DNA of 36,105 nucleotides. Source: Toensbergia leucococca. Its lineage: Eukaryota. Of this stretch, positions 1 through 12,256 are shown in pieces. A program made the position numbers and the translations under genes. The DNA is taken from assembly GCA_022813965.1 (NCBI GenBank), contig JALDZS010000014.1, positions 186,001 through 222,105 of the forward strand, read 5' to 3'. Position 1 is the first letter of the stretch. Each line of letters opens with the position of its first letter. The notes under the pieces were generated by a model. The model had not been told where the DNA came from, did not search any database, and saw only the letters and a list, made by a program, of their open reading frames with translations.

Positions 1-37
1 ATCTTCACCCCCAAAAGCTAATTCTTGCTCCACTTAG

Positions 38-816
<779 letters not shown>

Positions 817-1705
817 ATGGCGGGTGGGCATTTAGGGATTCTTCAAATTGCCAGGAACTGAAGTGGAAACCAGGACGAAATTATCCGAACTGATACTGGC
901 TACTATTGTGGCCTTTCCGTCATATTAGAAAGGAAGGGGTATGCTGTGAAATGGGGCCATTGTCGAGTTTTACTTTTGTATCTGGCAGCTTAGACCAATA
1001 TCTGTTACATCCCGTGTGTGTGATGGTGACGAAAAAAGCAGACTCACACATTTCTTCTGATCTGTCCTTCCTCTTTTGGGCGATTTAAGGCATGGAAGTG
1101 AATGAATTGGGTGGCGGGGGGAAGAGAATCTGAGCTGGACATTTCGAGGAGATATGGGCAAAGGGGACGAGAATGGGCTGGGGGTTTCTCCTTTTTGTTA
1201 TGTAGCTAGCTAGAATGGATATCGTATCCGCCAACTCGCTGCTTTCCCCAACCCCGCGTGCACCTTTTCGGCCTTGGAGTGTGATTGCGCAAGAGTCATT
1301 ATTTGCACTTCAATCCTTGATTCGTGCGGACATTTTCAACTTTTGGGGTATGGGAGCGTTGCTTCGATCCCGTTGACCTGGATACACCTCCTCTTCGTCC
1401 TTCATCTTCTTTATCTCTGGTGAAGAAAGCTATCATTCTAGTATGGGATTAGCTCATCAAGCCCATGCCACGTAGTCCATCTCCTCTCTTTCTCTTTCTC
1501 TTTCTTTTTCTTATTCTTTTTCTTTGTGCTTGATGTCTTCGAAAAAACCCGATCCATTTTTCATTTATTTTTCAACTCTCTTAAGGTAGGGAGGGAGTGT
1601 GGTCTTCCTTCTCCTTCTCCTTCTCTTTCTCCTCTTCTCACTTCCTTATCGTAGCTGTTTCCTTGCAAGGATTTTGGGGGGGCCAGGCTAGAGGAATGTG
1701 CGAGC

Positions 1706-1729
1706 GGGAATGGGAACGGGAACGGGAAT
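1706..1729 (+). repeat. (GGGAAY)4 tandem repeat, canonical G-quadruplex motif
   Basis: GGGAAT GGGAAC GGGAAC GGGAAT: four G3 tracts with 3-nt loops. Confidence 0.8.
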
Positions 1730-2223
1730 GGAGGTGTGAGGGTTCGGCTCGCATATGTGGACGAAGTCATGGTTTCTGGGGGGTGTGGGAAGGATCCTTG
1801 CTTCTTTTTTTTCTCTCTTTTTTACTTGGTGTGTTTTGGTGTTTTGGTGAGAAATGGGAAGTGGGAAGGTGTTTCTTCAGGGAACCTTTATGGAATTTGT
1901 AAAACTTTTAGGCCAGGGTCAAAGGTAGCTACTGTTACTCTGCATGACCCCGAAGGAGAAAGAAGAAATCCGGGATGAGGTCGCGGTTATGACTGGACAA
2001 AGATGTGGGGGGACGGGGATTTATGTCCTCGATGCGGAATTTCGTAGTAGGGTTAGGATATCTTGGGAGGAGGGAAACCCACAGTCACGATGTGCACAAA
2101 GGCTGGGAAAGCCCTGAGCCTTGCCTAATGAAAATGATCCCCTCGAGTGTTTTGAGTTTGGGGATGTAGAAGCGTTGGTGTGGGAATAGTATTGGTTTTG
2201 ATCTTTTGGGCTTGGAAGATTGA

Positions 2224-2264
2224 GGGGGGGGGTGGGTTGGGGTTATCGGGGTTGGGAAAGGGGG
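2224..2264 (+). other. G-quadruplex-forming motif
   Basis: G9-T-G3-TT-G4-TTATC-G4-TT-G3-AAA-G5: six G tracts with short loops. Confidence 0.75.
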
Positions 2265-2715
2265 TAGTGCTTTCTGGGCTTTTAGGTGAGTGCTTGGGAA
2301 TGGGAAGGTTGGGTTAGTGGAGAGGGAACAAGGTGTTCCGGACGGGATGGATTGAAGGGGGTTGGTGTTTGCGAAGCGGAAGAAAGGGGATGTGGATGAA
2401 TGTCTGGATGCACACGAGTCAGGAGAGCTGGATGGAGTTGAAAATTAACGCAATGAGTGCTGAAACCTCGATATTAGGTGTGGGAGAGTCTTTGCTCTAG
2501 TTCTGCAAAGAGATCTGCAATCTATAACAGACGGAAGCTCAATGCCATCGTAAAGAATTTCTAATTATTTCTTTAATTGAGTCGCTGCCCGTACTATGGT
2601 AACATCACACAAGTACCGAGACATGAAAAAGATACGTCCTACTTCCATGGAAGGAGCATTGCAAAGAAAAATGGTTAGCGAAAGTCATGTTCTTTCGTGC
2701 GAGTATGGAAAATGC

Positions 2716-3854
2716 TCAGAATTGCACCGAATTCATACTCGAAAGCTTCGTTTCCAGCTCCGACAAGGGTCGGAATCTCATTCGGCCTCCGTCAGAATTC
2801 AGTACCACAATCGGGTTCTTATAAGATGGCTCGTCCATATCGTCCTCTCTCGCTCCCTTCTTGGTTTTCTCCTTCTCCTTCTGTTTGATCGATTTTAACC
2901 CCGCAAAGTCTCCCTTTATCGTGGACGTCTCGTTGTAAATCTTAAAGAACGGCAAGCCTTGACTGGCGTAGGTCTCCGCATTTATCGGCGTCTTAGGGGG
3001 ATCCATACCAGTTACGTCGCGGAAAGTCTCGGAATCCAAGATCTGGACGTTGAAGGTGATGGTTCTGTCAGAGTCCCACGAGGTGGCAGGGTAGGTGTCA
3101 TTAATGATACATTGCTTGATGAGTCCACCAGGAGCAATGGAAATTTCTGCAGTACGCGGTAGAGGCTCAGACGGATCTCTTGCAAGAGTTCGAGGGATAA
3201 GAGTCATCGGTTTAGGCGGAGTTATCTCGAATTGCAGACCTCCAACGAATTCTTTGTCTGTCATCTGCGCTTCAACAGAATATCCGAAGCCCATTGGCAT
3301 GGCTATAAATTGACGAACACGGCCATTACTGCTTGCGATGCCATCAAGCCACAATTGCTTCGGGGTTACGACATAATCCTGGACAGACCTGCCTTCGGAC
3401 TTTCTCTGCAAGCGACGAAGGGTACTGGCAGGATTCTCCGTCTTGGGCTCCCCGGAGATAGCGTTCACACCTCCAAGATAAACTTTGATGGCGAATTGCT
3501 TATTCGAGTCCAATCTTATCCACATGGCTTCTCATTCTATGAATATTAAGTATTTGAAAGGCTGATTCGTAATCTTCCCAGTGGACTTACGGTGCATTGG
3601 GAAGAAAAGTCCTCCTTTATCCCCATATCTTCTGGAAGGTTTGCCTTATACTTGGTCGCAGAGTAAAGCGGAAATTTACCTAAGCCAAGTGGAAGCTCAG
3701 AAGCGTATGTGTTGTCAGGGACGCGGATTGTACGTCGAAACGAAATCTTAAGATCATATCCACGACCATTGGACGAAAGGATACCAACAGTATCTTCGAC
3801 GCTGGAGTCGGGCAATGACTTGATCAGACTGCACTTCAAATTAGAGGAAGACAT
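2716..3854 (-). pseudogene. Disrupted member of an uncharacterised fungal family (ISFxRTIRVPDN...PM[YH]QREAMW...QDYVVxPxQLWLDG...GGLQFEITP), often annotated as integral-membrane or ubiquitin-fusion protein
   Basis: ATG at 3854, intron 3590-3537 (GTAAGT...CTTAAT...ATAG). The motif KGGLFFPMH is reached only by a 1-nt frameshift near 3617-3624. After splicing the frame reads H-Q-TGA(3534-3532)-E-A-M-W, where I recall the family has QREAMW. Confidence 0.8.
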
Positions 3855-3970
3855 GTTGAATTGACTCTGCAAGACTGTGGTGGAGAGTTTGAGAAGATTA
3901 GAGATGGCTATGTGGGATGGATGGTGAAAGAGAGAAAGTGTTGGGACTGGGCTGACCTTCACTTGAGTAC

Positions 3971-4549
3971 CTAGACAAGAGTATCCCTAATGAATATAAA
4001 GTGAATGCTTTGACCTTGATACAAAAGAGATGAAGCTCCTCCTTCTCTGACTGGACTCCCCACAAGCCATCTGGCAAGAAGGGCATACATATCCTCCGTA
4101 TAGAGATTTAGTCCACCATATAGGACTGGAATGCATTCGGACAAAGTTTGCTGGCTCGCGGAGAGGAGGCCAAGACCTTCCATCCGGGTATATGTGAACG
4201 TGCAGTAAGTCGTTCTCTCCTTTACGCCAGGACCTCTGGGTCCAACGTGGTAGTCACACATCACATAGCTGGTGCGACGGCGTTGGTACTGTTCGATGTA
4301 TAACTGGAAAATATAGAGATACACGATCCTGCTGCTGAACGCAGTGGTTCTAGAGGTAGCTAGGCCTTGAAGGTAGGACCGAGCCATGTAGGGATATAAA
4401 GACCTGATGCTGACTCTAGCAGTAGGCAGGGCCATGCGATAAATGATCCTTCGGATCTCAATCGGTAGATCCAAAAGCGGAAAGGGGGTTCCCGGCTTCT
4501 GGGCTTGATCTTCGGGTGACGAGACTGGCTGACTCTGAGCTTGGTCCAT
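3971..4549 (-). CDS. F-box-like orphan protein, possibly C-terminally truncated
   Basis: N-terminal PFPLLDLPIEIRRIIY and downstream LGLLSASQQTLSECIPVLYG, the paired motifs of the fungal F-box-like (2EXR-type) superfamily. The ORF ends soon after the second motif. Confidence 0.6.
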   Translation of the reverse strand: MDQAQSQPVSSPEDQAQKPGTPFPLLDLPIEIRRIIYRMALPTARVSIRSLYPYMARSYLQGLATSRTTAFSSRIVYLYIFQLYIEQYQRRRTSYVMCDYHVGPRGPGVKERTTYCTFTYTRMEGLGLLSASQQTLSECIPVLYGGLNLYTEDMYALLARWLVGSPVREGGASSLLYQGQSIHFIFIRDTLV

Positions 4550-6966
4550 CTTTGAATCTTGAGTAATTAGCCCATGGTAAAGACGATACCTATATTCTTG
4601 AAGGCTTTACTCTCCATTCTTGAGCCCATGCCTCATATCACAGGTTGTGAGAGTTGGAGTATATATATAACAAGACTTGAATAGTTGAAGCGTCCTCTAT
4701 CAATGACTTCAGGGTTCGTACACTGTCATATTTATTGTCTCTCGCCGTCATTTCCGAGAGGGGGCTTGGTGCGGAGCGGAAAGTTGGATATATATGTATT
4801 TTGATACCTGATGGAAGCACCTTATATCTTTTAATTTCTCCTGTTCAAGTCTCGAAAGAGCGTACCGAGTACGCTGTACAGAAGAGATCGTGCAGTGATT
4901 TTGGTGTTTTTAAAAAAATTGAAAATCTGCCTTAATGAGCAAGGTATCATCTTGTCTAATATACACTGAACGACGAAGGATTGCTGGCTAGCAAAGCAAT
5001 CACAACTATCTGCATGGAAAATTCTAATGACATCATCTGGGTTAGCAGTCAAAGCCGCAGACTTTATGGATAGAACGTGACTTTCGTTGCACTTTGGAGC
5101 CACACAGTGCAGATAGCTAATGGCTAAGCATTAAATGTTTTAGGTACGAGTATATAGAACTAGACCCCGGGGTTTCTCTTCAGAAAACCTGGATCGTTAA
5201 TAGCCATCTGGCTCCAGTGGGGTCGATTCAGTGATATGCGATTACACTGTAGCTGTGTTTCAATAGGTACTCATAGCATGTAAATTGATTATCCTGCTGG
5301 GACAGTAGGTTACCCTGCATCTTGGTGCGATTTTTTGGCGGCACGCTCCCAATCTTTTCAAAGTAGGCCCGGCAGCTTGCTGTTGTAGAGAGAATATCCT
5401 TCAACCTTGACCCAAGTGGCTTGGTGCTATGTGACCAACCTGACAGGTAAGTTGTTGGATACAGTACCCCTGACGTCCCAGCTGCCAGCGCCACTGACAT
5501 GGCCAAAGCATCCATCACTGCAGGCGATTCGACAGGCCCAAAACTGGAGTTTTCAGTGCAGTTCCAAGCTTGACCAGGTATATGTCCAAACTGAGGAATG
5601 TGATTGAAGGCAGAGACTTGCTGCAATGCCCTCATGACCATTGTCTGTACCCGCACCGCCATGTTTGACGTTTGTTGCCTTGCCCGTCAATGCAGCATCT
5701 GCTAGTACCTGTTGGCCCAAGGGGCTTCTGGAAATCTGAATACGCGCTGTTGCTCTTCGAATTAAGTTGGCCCAGGCAGCATGAAAAATAGCTTGTCAGT
5801 CGATTGCTCCAGTGAGACAAACTCCGACCTTCCACCCACGTCCAAGGGAAGCCATTAAGCCAGAGTGGCAAATACCACTATCTCACCCCATGTCATATTT
5901 TAGTAGAAAGCCAGTAACCAGTACCGTAAAATGATTTCCATACAAGATCTTTTTCCTTTAATAAAACCTTGAAGCTTAGCTAGATAATCACAGTCTCACT
6001 GTAACAAGTTTGAGAGAAAAAGAAGCTGCAAAGTACACAACAAGAGTCAGACACAACACCCTTGAGCATCAAGAGAAGGTGCCTCAGTTCAATCATCTAA
6101 AGCATAATAACTAGCTTGAGCTGATGAATAAGGAGAATCTTTTGAACTGTCTCTTGCCAAAAACCTTTAGGCGGCGCTAATTTGTGTTTATGCGGGCTGC
6201 GGGTAAATTGCCAAGAGCCCTAAAGTATTTAAATAGCTCCTCAAACCCAAAAGTCACTCCCTCTCCGTTAGTGAAAAAGCCCGTTAATACCTTCTCTCAA
6301 GAAACACTCAGGTACCAGGTCAAAACCCAAGCTTTGCGGAGAGAGGGGGCAGTCAAAAATCCCGAGACTTGTGGCATTGGCCAATGTACCTTACCTATAT
6401 CAAGTCTATCCACAGTCACATCATGCATCTAAATCCGTCTACTCGTAAATGGGCTTATTAAAAAAGAAATTGCACTTGCATCAGCCATTGCGTGTCATTT
6501 TTTTCTGAGTCAAGCATTGCGTTCGTTGCTACATTAACCAGCTGTGCGTACAATTATTATTATGCCAACAGCTCCATCCATCCTCAGTGGTCCACCTACA
6601 ACGCCCAGTACCGGCAACGGCCATATCACCCACCAGCCAATAAGGGTATCTGTTAAACAAGCATATCCTGCAATCTATGAGCATGCATTTGAAAAAAGAC
6701 TTGGAATGAAATGCCAAGTAACCATGACAGGCCGTCGTTTGCGAGAAAAGAGACCTTACAAGGCCATACCACTATTTGAATCTGATCTTGAGAACGGAAA
6801 TTGAGGCCTATCAAAAGCCGACCGAGAGTTAAGTAAGCTGAATGTAAGACTTTTTTTGTTCAGCGGCCAACGTAGCTAGTTGTCAAAACAATTAGCAGCT
6901 TTTGGCAACACTAGTGGAAGGCGAAACCGAGACGACAAGTATCTTCCTGGATCGCGAATCCTGGTT

Positions 6967-9900
6967 TTACAGGCCCTAATGCTATCAGTACGGCCATGGG
7001 TTGCGTACTATCATCGAAGCACTCACCATCAGGTAGGTTAACTCTTTGGTCCCTAGTCTACCAATACTCTGGCTAGCTTTCTCATCCAAAGCACCCTCTA
7101 TTAGCGCTCTCTTCTTGTCTTGCAAGGCAACAATACGATCCTCGACAGTCTCTGGGACGAGGATACGATGGACCTGCACTGGCCTCAATTGTCCGATACG
7201 ATGGGCTCTATCAATTGCTTGCTCTTCTATATAAGGGTTCCAGAACGGATCGAAAATGATGACCTGGGACGCAGCGACCAGGTTGAGTCCGGAATTACCT
7301 GCTTTTAGGGACACGAGCATAATGCTACACTCGGGCTTGTCGGTGAACTCGATGACGGCCTCATTGCGAGCATGAGAGCTCATACTGCCATCATACCGCC
7401 TATAGCCCCACTGGCGACGCACAATTGGGATTTCGAGGAGGTCTAATAAAGAGGTAAATTGACTGAATATAATCGTTTTTTCGCCTTCTTTACGACCCTG
7501 GATAGCCTCAAGAATCTCAATCGTCTTTTCGATTTTTGTACTCGGAATCCATTCCCGCTCGAGTCGTTTGAGGTATTTTCTTCGAGCCTTGGCATTGCGT
7601 GTCCCTTCCTTCTTAAGTTCTGCCAAAGTCTTCCGCGATGCTTTATTCTCCTTGGCTTTACCCTTTCCCTTATCGGAATTTTTCTGCGATTTCACTTTCG
7701 AGGACTGTACCGAACATCTCTCAAAGGGATTTGCACCCTTACGGTACCCCTCGTGCTCTTCATCTTCGGACGTTGTTTCGTCGTCGTGGGCGTCATCAGC
7801 TACCACAAAGCCGTCCAGATCATCCTTTTCATCGGAGTCGTCCTCGTCACTATCGTCGCTATCGCTGTCGGCGGCCTCTCCATCTGCATCCACAATAAGA
7901 GTCTCCAAGCCTTCAGCATCGGCTTCCTCGGGCATATGAACTCTCTTGAATGAATTGTAGTCGAGGACCTTTGATGGTACCACCTTCGTTCGGCAACTCG
8001 GACATTTGATGTCGTTGCTATTGCGACCTTCAGCTATTTGACCATCAGCAATGGCCTGTGATGGATCGGAAAGCTTGGCAAAACACTCTGAACATGTGCT
8101 GTGTCCACAAGGAGTGAATATAGTCGCATTTTCCGCCGAGTCCATGCACACAGGACATTCTAATGCCCCTTGCTCGATGATACGAGCCACAACGTCTGGA
8201 GTGAGTTCCTTTGCGAGTGCGATCATGTTCTGAACAGAAACATCCGTCACGCCGGATGAAACTCCAAAATCCTGAATCAAGTGTGGATGGCAACAAGCCT
8301 GTCGAAGGCGCAACAGTAGTACGAGGACGTTGGAGTAGTTGCGCCCCACACTCTGCGCCTTCAAATATTTGTTGAACTGCAATTGGGTTTTGGTCTCGAG
8401 AGCATGGTAAAATGAGCTTTCGTCTTCACTGAAAGCCGCATGCTGAACCGTGTTGGTTCTCTCTGGAAGAGTTAGAATTGGCTTGCCATCGATCGTTGAT
8501 ATTTTGGTACGGCGTAAAGAAACGGCCTTGAGAAGAGTTTGCAACCTTTGCATAGCCTGTTTCTTTGCATGCTCACTGTGTCCCTTCATCAATGGTTTGG
8601 TAATTTCTCTGTTGAACCTCTCAACCTCGTTGTATGGCTTGATTCGGAGGAAATGAATAAGGGAGAATAGCTCGCCGGGATGATTCATCATGGGTGTGCC
8701 GCTCATACAGAATCTGGTCAGCGCATGCAGTGAAGAGGCACCAAGTGCCGCCTTAGTGCTCTTGTTCTTGATGCATTGAGCTTCGTCAACAATGACCCGG
8801 TACCACATGCAGTCATCGCCCAGAAGAGGTAGCTGATCAGCTTTTGAGATTGGTCTCCAGTTAGGATTGGCACGTTTTTTCATGTCAATTCCTTCTTTAC
8901 GTTTTAGCTCTGTTGCAAGGGTACCGAACGTGGTAAGCACAACATCATACGTCCTTAATTTGTCCCAGGTAGTATCACGATTAGACCCATGTAGAACGTA
9001 AGTTGTGAGACGATGCTCTGACCTGATCTTCGTTTTTATCTCCCGTTCCCACTGCTTCATTAATGCTACAGGAGCCACGATAAGTGTCGTCTTACGGGTT
9101 GGGTCATTGGACTTCCTTGAGACCAAGAGAGCAAGGGCTTGTACTGTCTTTCCCAGTCCCATATCGTCAGCAAGGATGCCACCCTTGTTTGAGCCTTCCT
9201 CCATGCTTTTCATCCAGGCCAGACCAAGCTTTTGATGCTCAAAAAGCGGGAATGTCATAGCCTCCGGAGTCCCTTCACGGTTTTCCGGGGGCAGGTCTTC
9301 GTCTGGTCTGATGTTCTCTAACAGAGATTTGATTTCAGCCGATGTGCGGGTAGGATCATGTGTTAGGTAGTCCACACGTTCCATGTATCGATCGAACAGC
9401 TCTTTGTTGTTCGGGTCGTGAGGGTTGATTGAATGTTTACTGAGGGTGCTGGCCACGCTACGCTGATGTTGCTGACCGTAATAGTCCAGGGCTGGTGTAT
9501 TGCTGATGAAATGGGAGTTTGTAGAAGAGCCTGCCAACCCATATGGGTAGGATGTGTTATTGAATTCAGGTGCGGCGTTGGGATAGCTGCCAATACGTTG
9601 ATCAAGTAATCCGTAAGCAGAATTATAAACCCCTTTGGCTGTGTCAACAAAACCTTGACCTAGCCTACTTGCTGTGTCATGCCACGAAGGACTTGGTAGT
9701 AAATTTGAATAAGCACCTGTTATCGGATTGGCAAGATTGTTGCTACCGTATCCCGTAACCCCTTGGTATGGATTAGCATAGCGATTCGGCGGTGGCATAT
9801 GCGATGTGTGGTGGCTGCTTGGGAATACATCTGAAGGGTCATCTTGACCAATGTCTATCCAAGATCCTCTCCTAGTAGAGGAATTGACACTTGCGCGGTC

Positions 9901-11169
9901 GTGCTTTGCCGATCCATTTTTCGACCAAGGCAAAGACCGGTATGGCCTGCTAATGCTACCATTGCTATGAAAAGTGTTTGGGTCAATCTCAACAAGATCG
10001 CTGCTTGGATCCCCTGCAACTGTTTCTGACTCATCTTCGCTGCCAAGATCTATGAAGTTAGATTGAAGTAGCGAAGGGGTTTCGCTTCGTACTTGGGATC
10101 GCTCGTGCTTAACCGTTGGTGACGTAGTAAAGCTATGGTCCACGCTGTCTGGTCTGATATGGAGAGATGACTGATTTTCAAAAGAGTTCTGTCGTAGTTC
10201 TGGCCGTTGAAATCTCCCTTGGGTATCCAGCATGGTCTGAGACAATGCTTGAGATCCGAAAGAGGACAATGGAATTTGAGCACGTGATGACGTTCCAGCG
10301 GAAGAGCGTACTTGTGCAAGCTCTTGCTCTTCCAGTCCTCTTGCATACTCCTCATCTCTTTGTTCTTGTTCTCGTTTCTCCTTCAATGCCTTCTCTTGAT
10401 CCTTCTGCTCCTCCCGCATGTCACGTAAATGGTCCTTCGGATTGCCGCCCATGAGACGAAAGAATTCTTGATCATCAGGCATTTCAAAAGAATCCAGGGA
10501 AGATGAGGGCGTGCTAGCACCTGTCATGGCTGGACTAGGTGTCGTACGAATTGACTTTGCCCCACGGCCACTCGAGGAATGAGGAAGAGTGAGGCTCTGG
10601 CGTTGGCGTTTCTGAGGAACGTGAGTCATTGTAGGTAGAGTTGGAGATGAGATTGAAGACAACCGATCGGGACTTGAAGCTGAGCCCGACGGAGTTCCTG
10701 TCTCCGGCAGAGCGAATTCATTTGCAGCAGTGGTGTCGTGAAAGTCTTCATCAAGAACCGAAGAGTTCCAAGAAGGTACTGCAGCTGCACGACCTTGGTC
10801 AGCCAACGCCCCATCTGATGCGAAGCTACCTCCAAAGCGGTCACGGGTGCTTCCTGCGTATGCTGCGAAGCCGCCAGCGCGATTGGCGTTTACCGGACTA
10901 GACTGAGGCCGCTGGTGTTGCCCCGGCGTTGGTATTGCCAAAGTTTTAGAAAATGAACCGATTTCATTGTTATCTAAGAACCTCATGTCTTCTTCGTAGT
11001 CCTCTCGATGCTTTTTCTCCAGCCTCACTTCTAGAGCTCGCAAAATGTGTTCAAGCTCTCTCTGTCTGACTGGATCGAAAGGTTCGTCTGAGTTTTCGAG
11101 TTGCGACTGAATCGATGCAATATCGTCTTGTATCTCAGACACAGATGCCTTTATCGGTGAATCTTCCAT
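6967..11169 (-). CDS. ULS1: SNF2-family ATPase with inserted RING finger (Uls1/Ris1/Rrp1-2-like)
   Basis: Motifs GGILADDMGLGKT, VIVDEAQ, MSGTPM, RING CPVC...CGHSTCSEC...CPSC, and HELICc IIFSQF...AGNSGLNL...QAIDRAHRIGQ. Exon 11169-7027, intron 7026-6976, terminal exon 6975-6967 (GL*). Confidence 0.92.
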
Positions 11170-12256
11170 GGCGAAAGCAGTGGACGATGATGTGGAAGAG
11201 GCTGTCGGAAGCGGAGGAAATTATCGTGACACGGCCTTGTCGCCGCACGATAGTAGTAGGTCAGAAGTTAGTATTCTTGTCAGCCGGGGAGAAACATTCA
11301 AGGATGATTGAAAGGCATGGGTTGAAAATGTAGTTAGTCCTGGGGCGCACAAGGTCCAAAGGGTGGGTTCGCCCCTCGTTACCAGGCATCTGCGTTTGGG
11401 TGGGCTGTCGGTGGTGCAGGGCAATATTGGTGTAACAATCTTCAGAGGCACGATTAAGAGGCAGATAGGTAATTACCTACAAGCTACCTTACTCTGTACA
11501 GGCTGCGAGTTGACAAGCGCACAGTGAGGCGCAAAACCTTAAATGATGACGCTGGCTCGCTGGCTCACTCCTCGACTGGCTTCATGTCTTAGATAGGTAG
11601 TAGAACGGCACTGACGGCAGTACAATGAAATTGAAAGACGCTGTCTTTGTGTCTTTTATACCACGCTCATACGCAAAGTACTTAAGGAGTATGAGTCGTG
11701 GAAACTTTGTCATATGGATCGTCCCAAAGTCATTCAGACAAACTCTGAAATTGAAAGTGGACCGACATGCATATGCCTAGATTTATCACTTCGGCAAGGC
11801 TACGAGTACGACGACTTCATGTAGGCTGCCGATGCGATGAAGCTGACCCTGCTGCCTTGCACCAGCTCTCATTGGTGCGCGCATCATTGATGGATGCTGT
11901 GCAAAGTTTCACAATTATCAGACAAGATGAAAATGTTTTGTCCTAGCCATACATACGATACTTCAACCGAGAGCTTGTAGCAATAGTAATGATTACAGCA
12001 AGAAAGCAATGGGTATCAACGCCACATTCAGCAGCTAGCCCAGCCAGCTCTGTCAAGGTCAATCGATTGGGATTGAACCATGTTGATAAGACTCCGGGCA
12101 CGACGTGGCCGTGGAATACCGCTAGGAGGATGAGAACGATACATGTCTGGGGGCCCAGGAGAAAGAAGAAAGTCTATAACGCCGAAAGACCCTATCTGAA
12201 CGCCCACCGCTAAATGTCAATGCTAAAACCAAACTTTCTGTGGGGGAATGAAACAT

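Noticed and set aside
1200..1480. Short minus-strand reading frames with an intron-like GCTAAT...TAG
   Set aside because: All frames hit stops within about 45-60 codons and no domain is recognisable.
2105..2150. GGGAAAGCCCTGAG and GGATCATTT words resembling RNase P/MRP CR-I or U3 box A
   Set aside because: Matching partner motifs (CR-V, or U3 boxes B/C/D) were not found at appropriate positions.
3532..3534. Premature TGA as a target of fungal A-to-I stop-codon correction
   Set aside because: Editing would give Trp rather than the expected Arg, and the upstream frameshift would remain.
5160..5195. Palindrome ACCCCGGGGT next to CTAG, like a Helitron 3' end on the minus strand
   Set aside because: Hairpin-to-CTAG spacing is wrong and there is no 5' end or Rep/helicase remnant.
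11543..11614. ATGATGA...CTGA spaced like a C/D snoRNA
   Set aside because: No terminal stem, only about 8 nt of rRNA-like complementarity, and it sits in the ULS1 promoter region.
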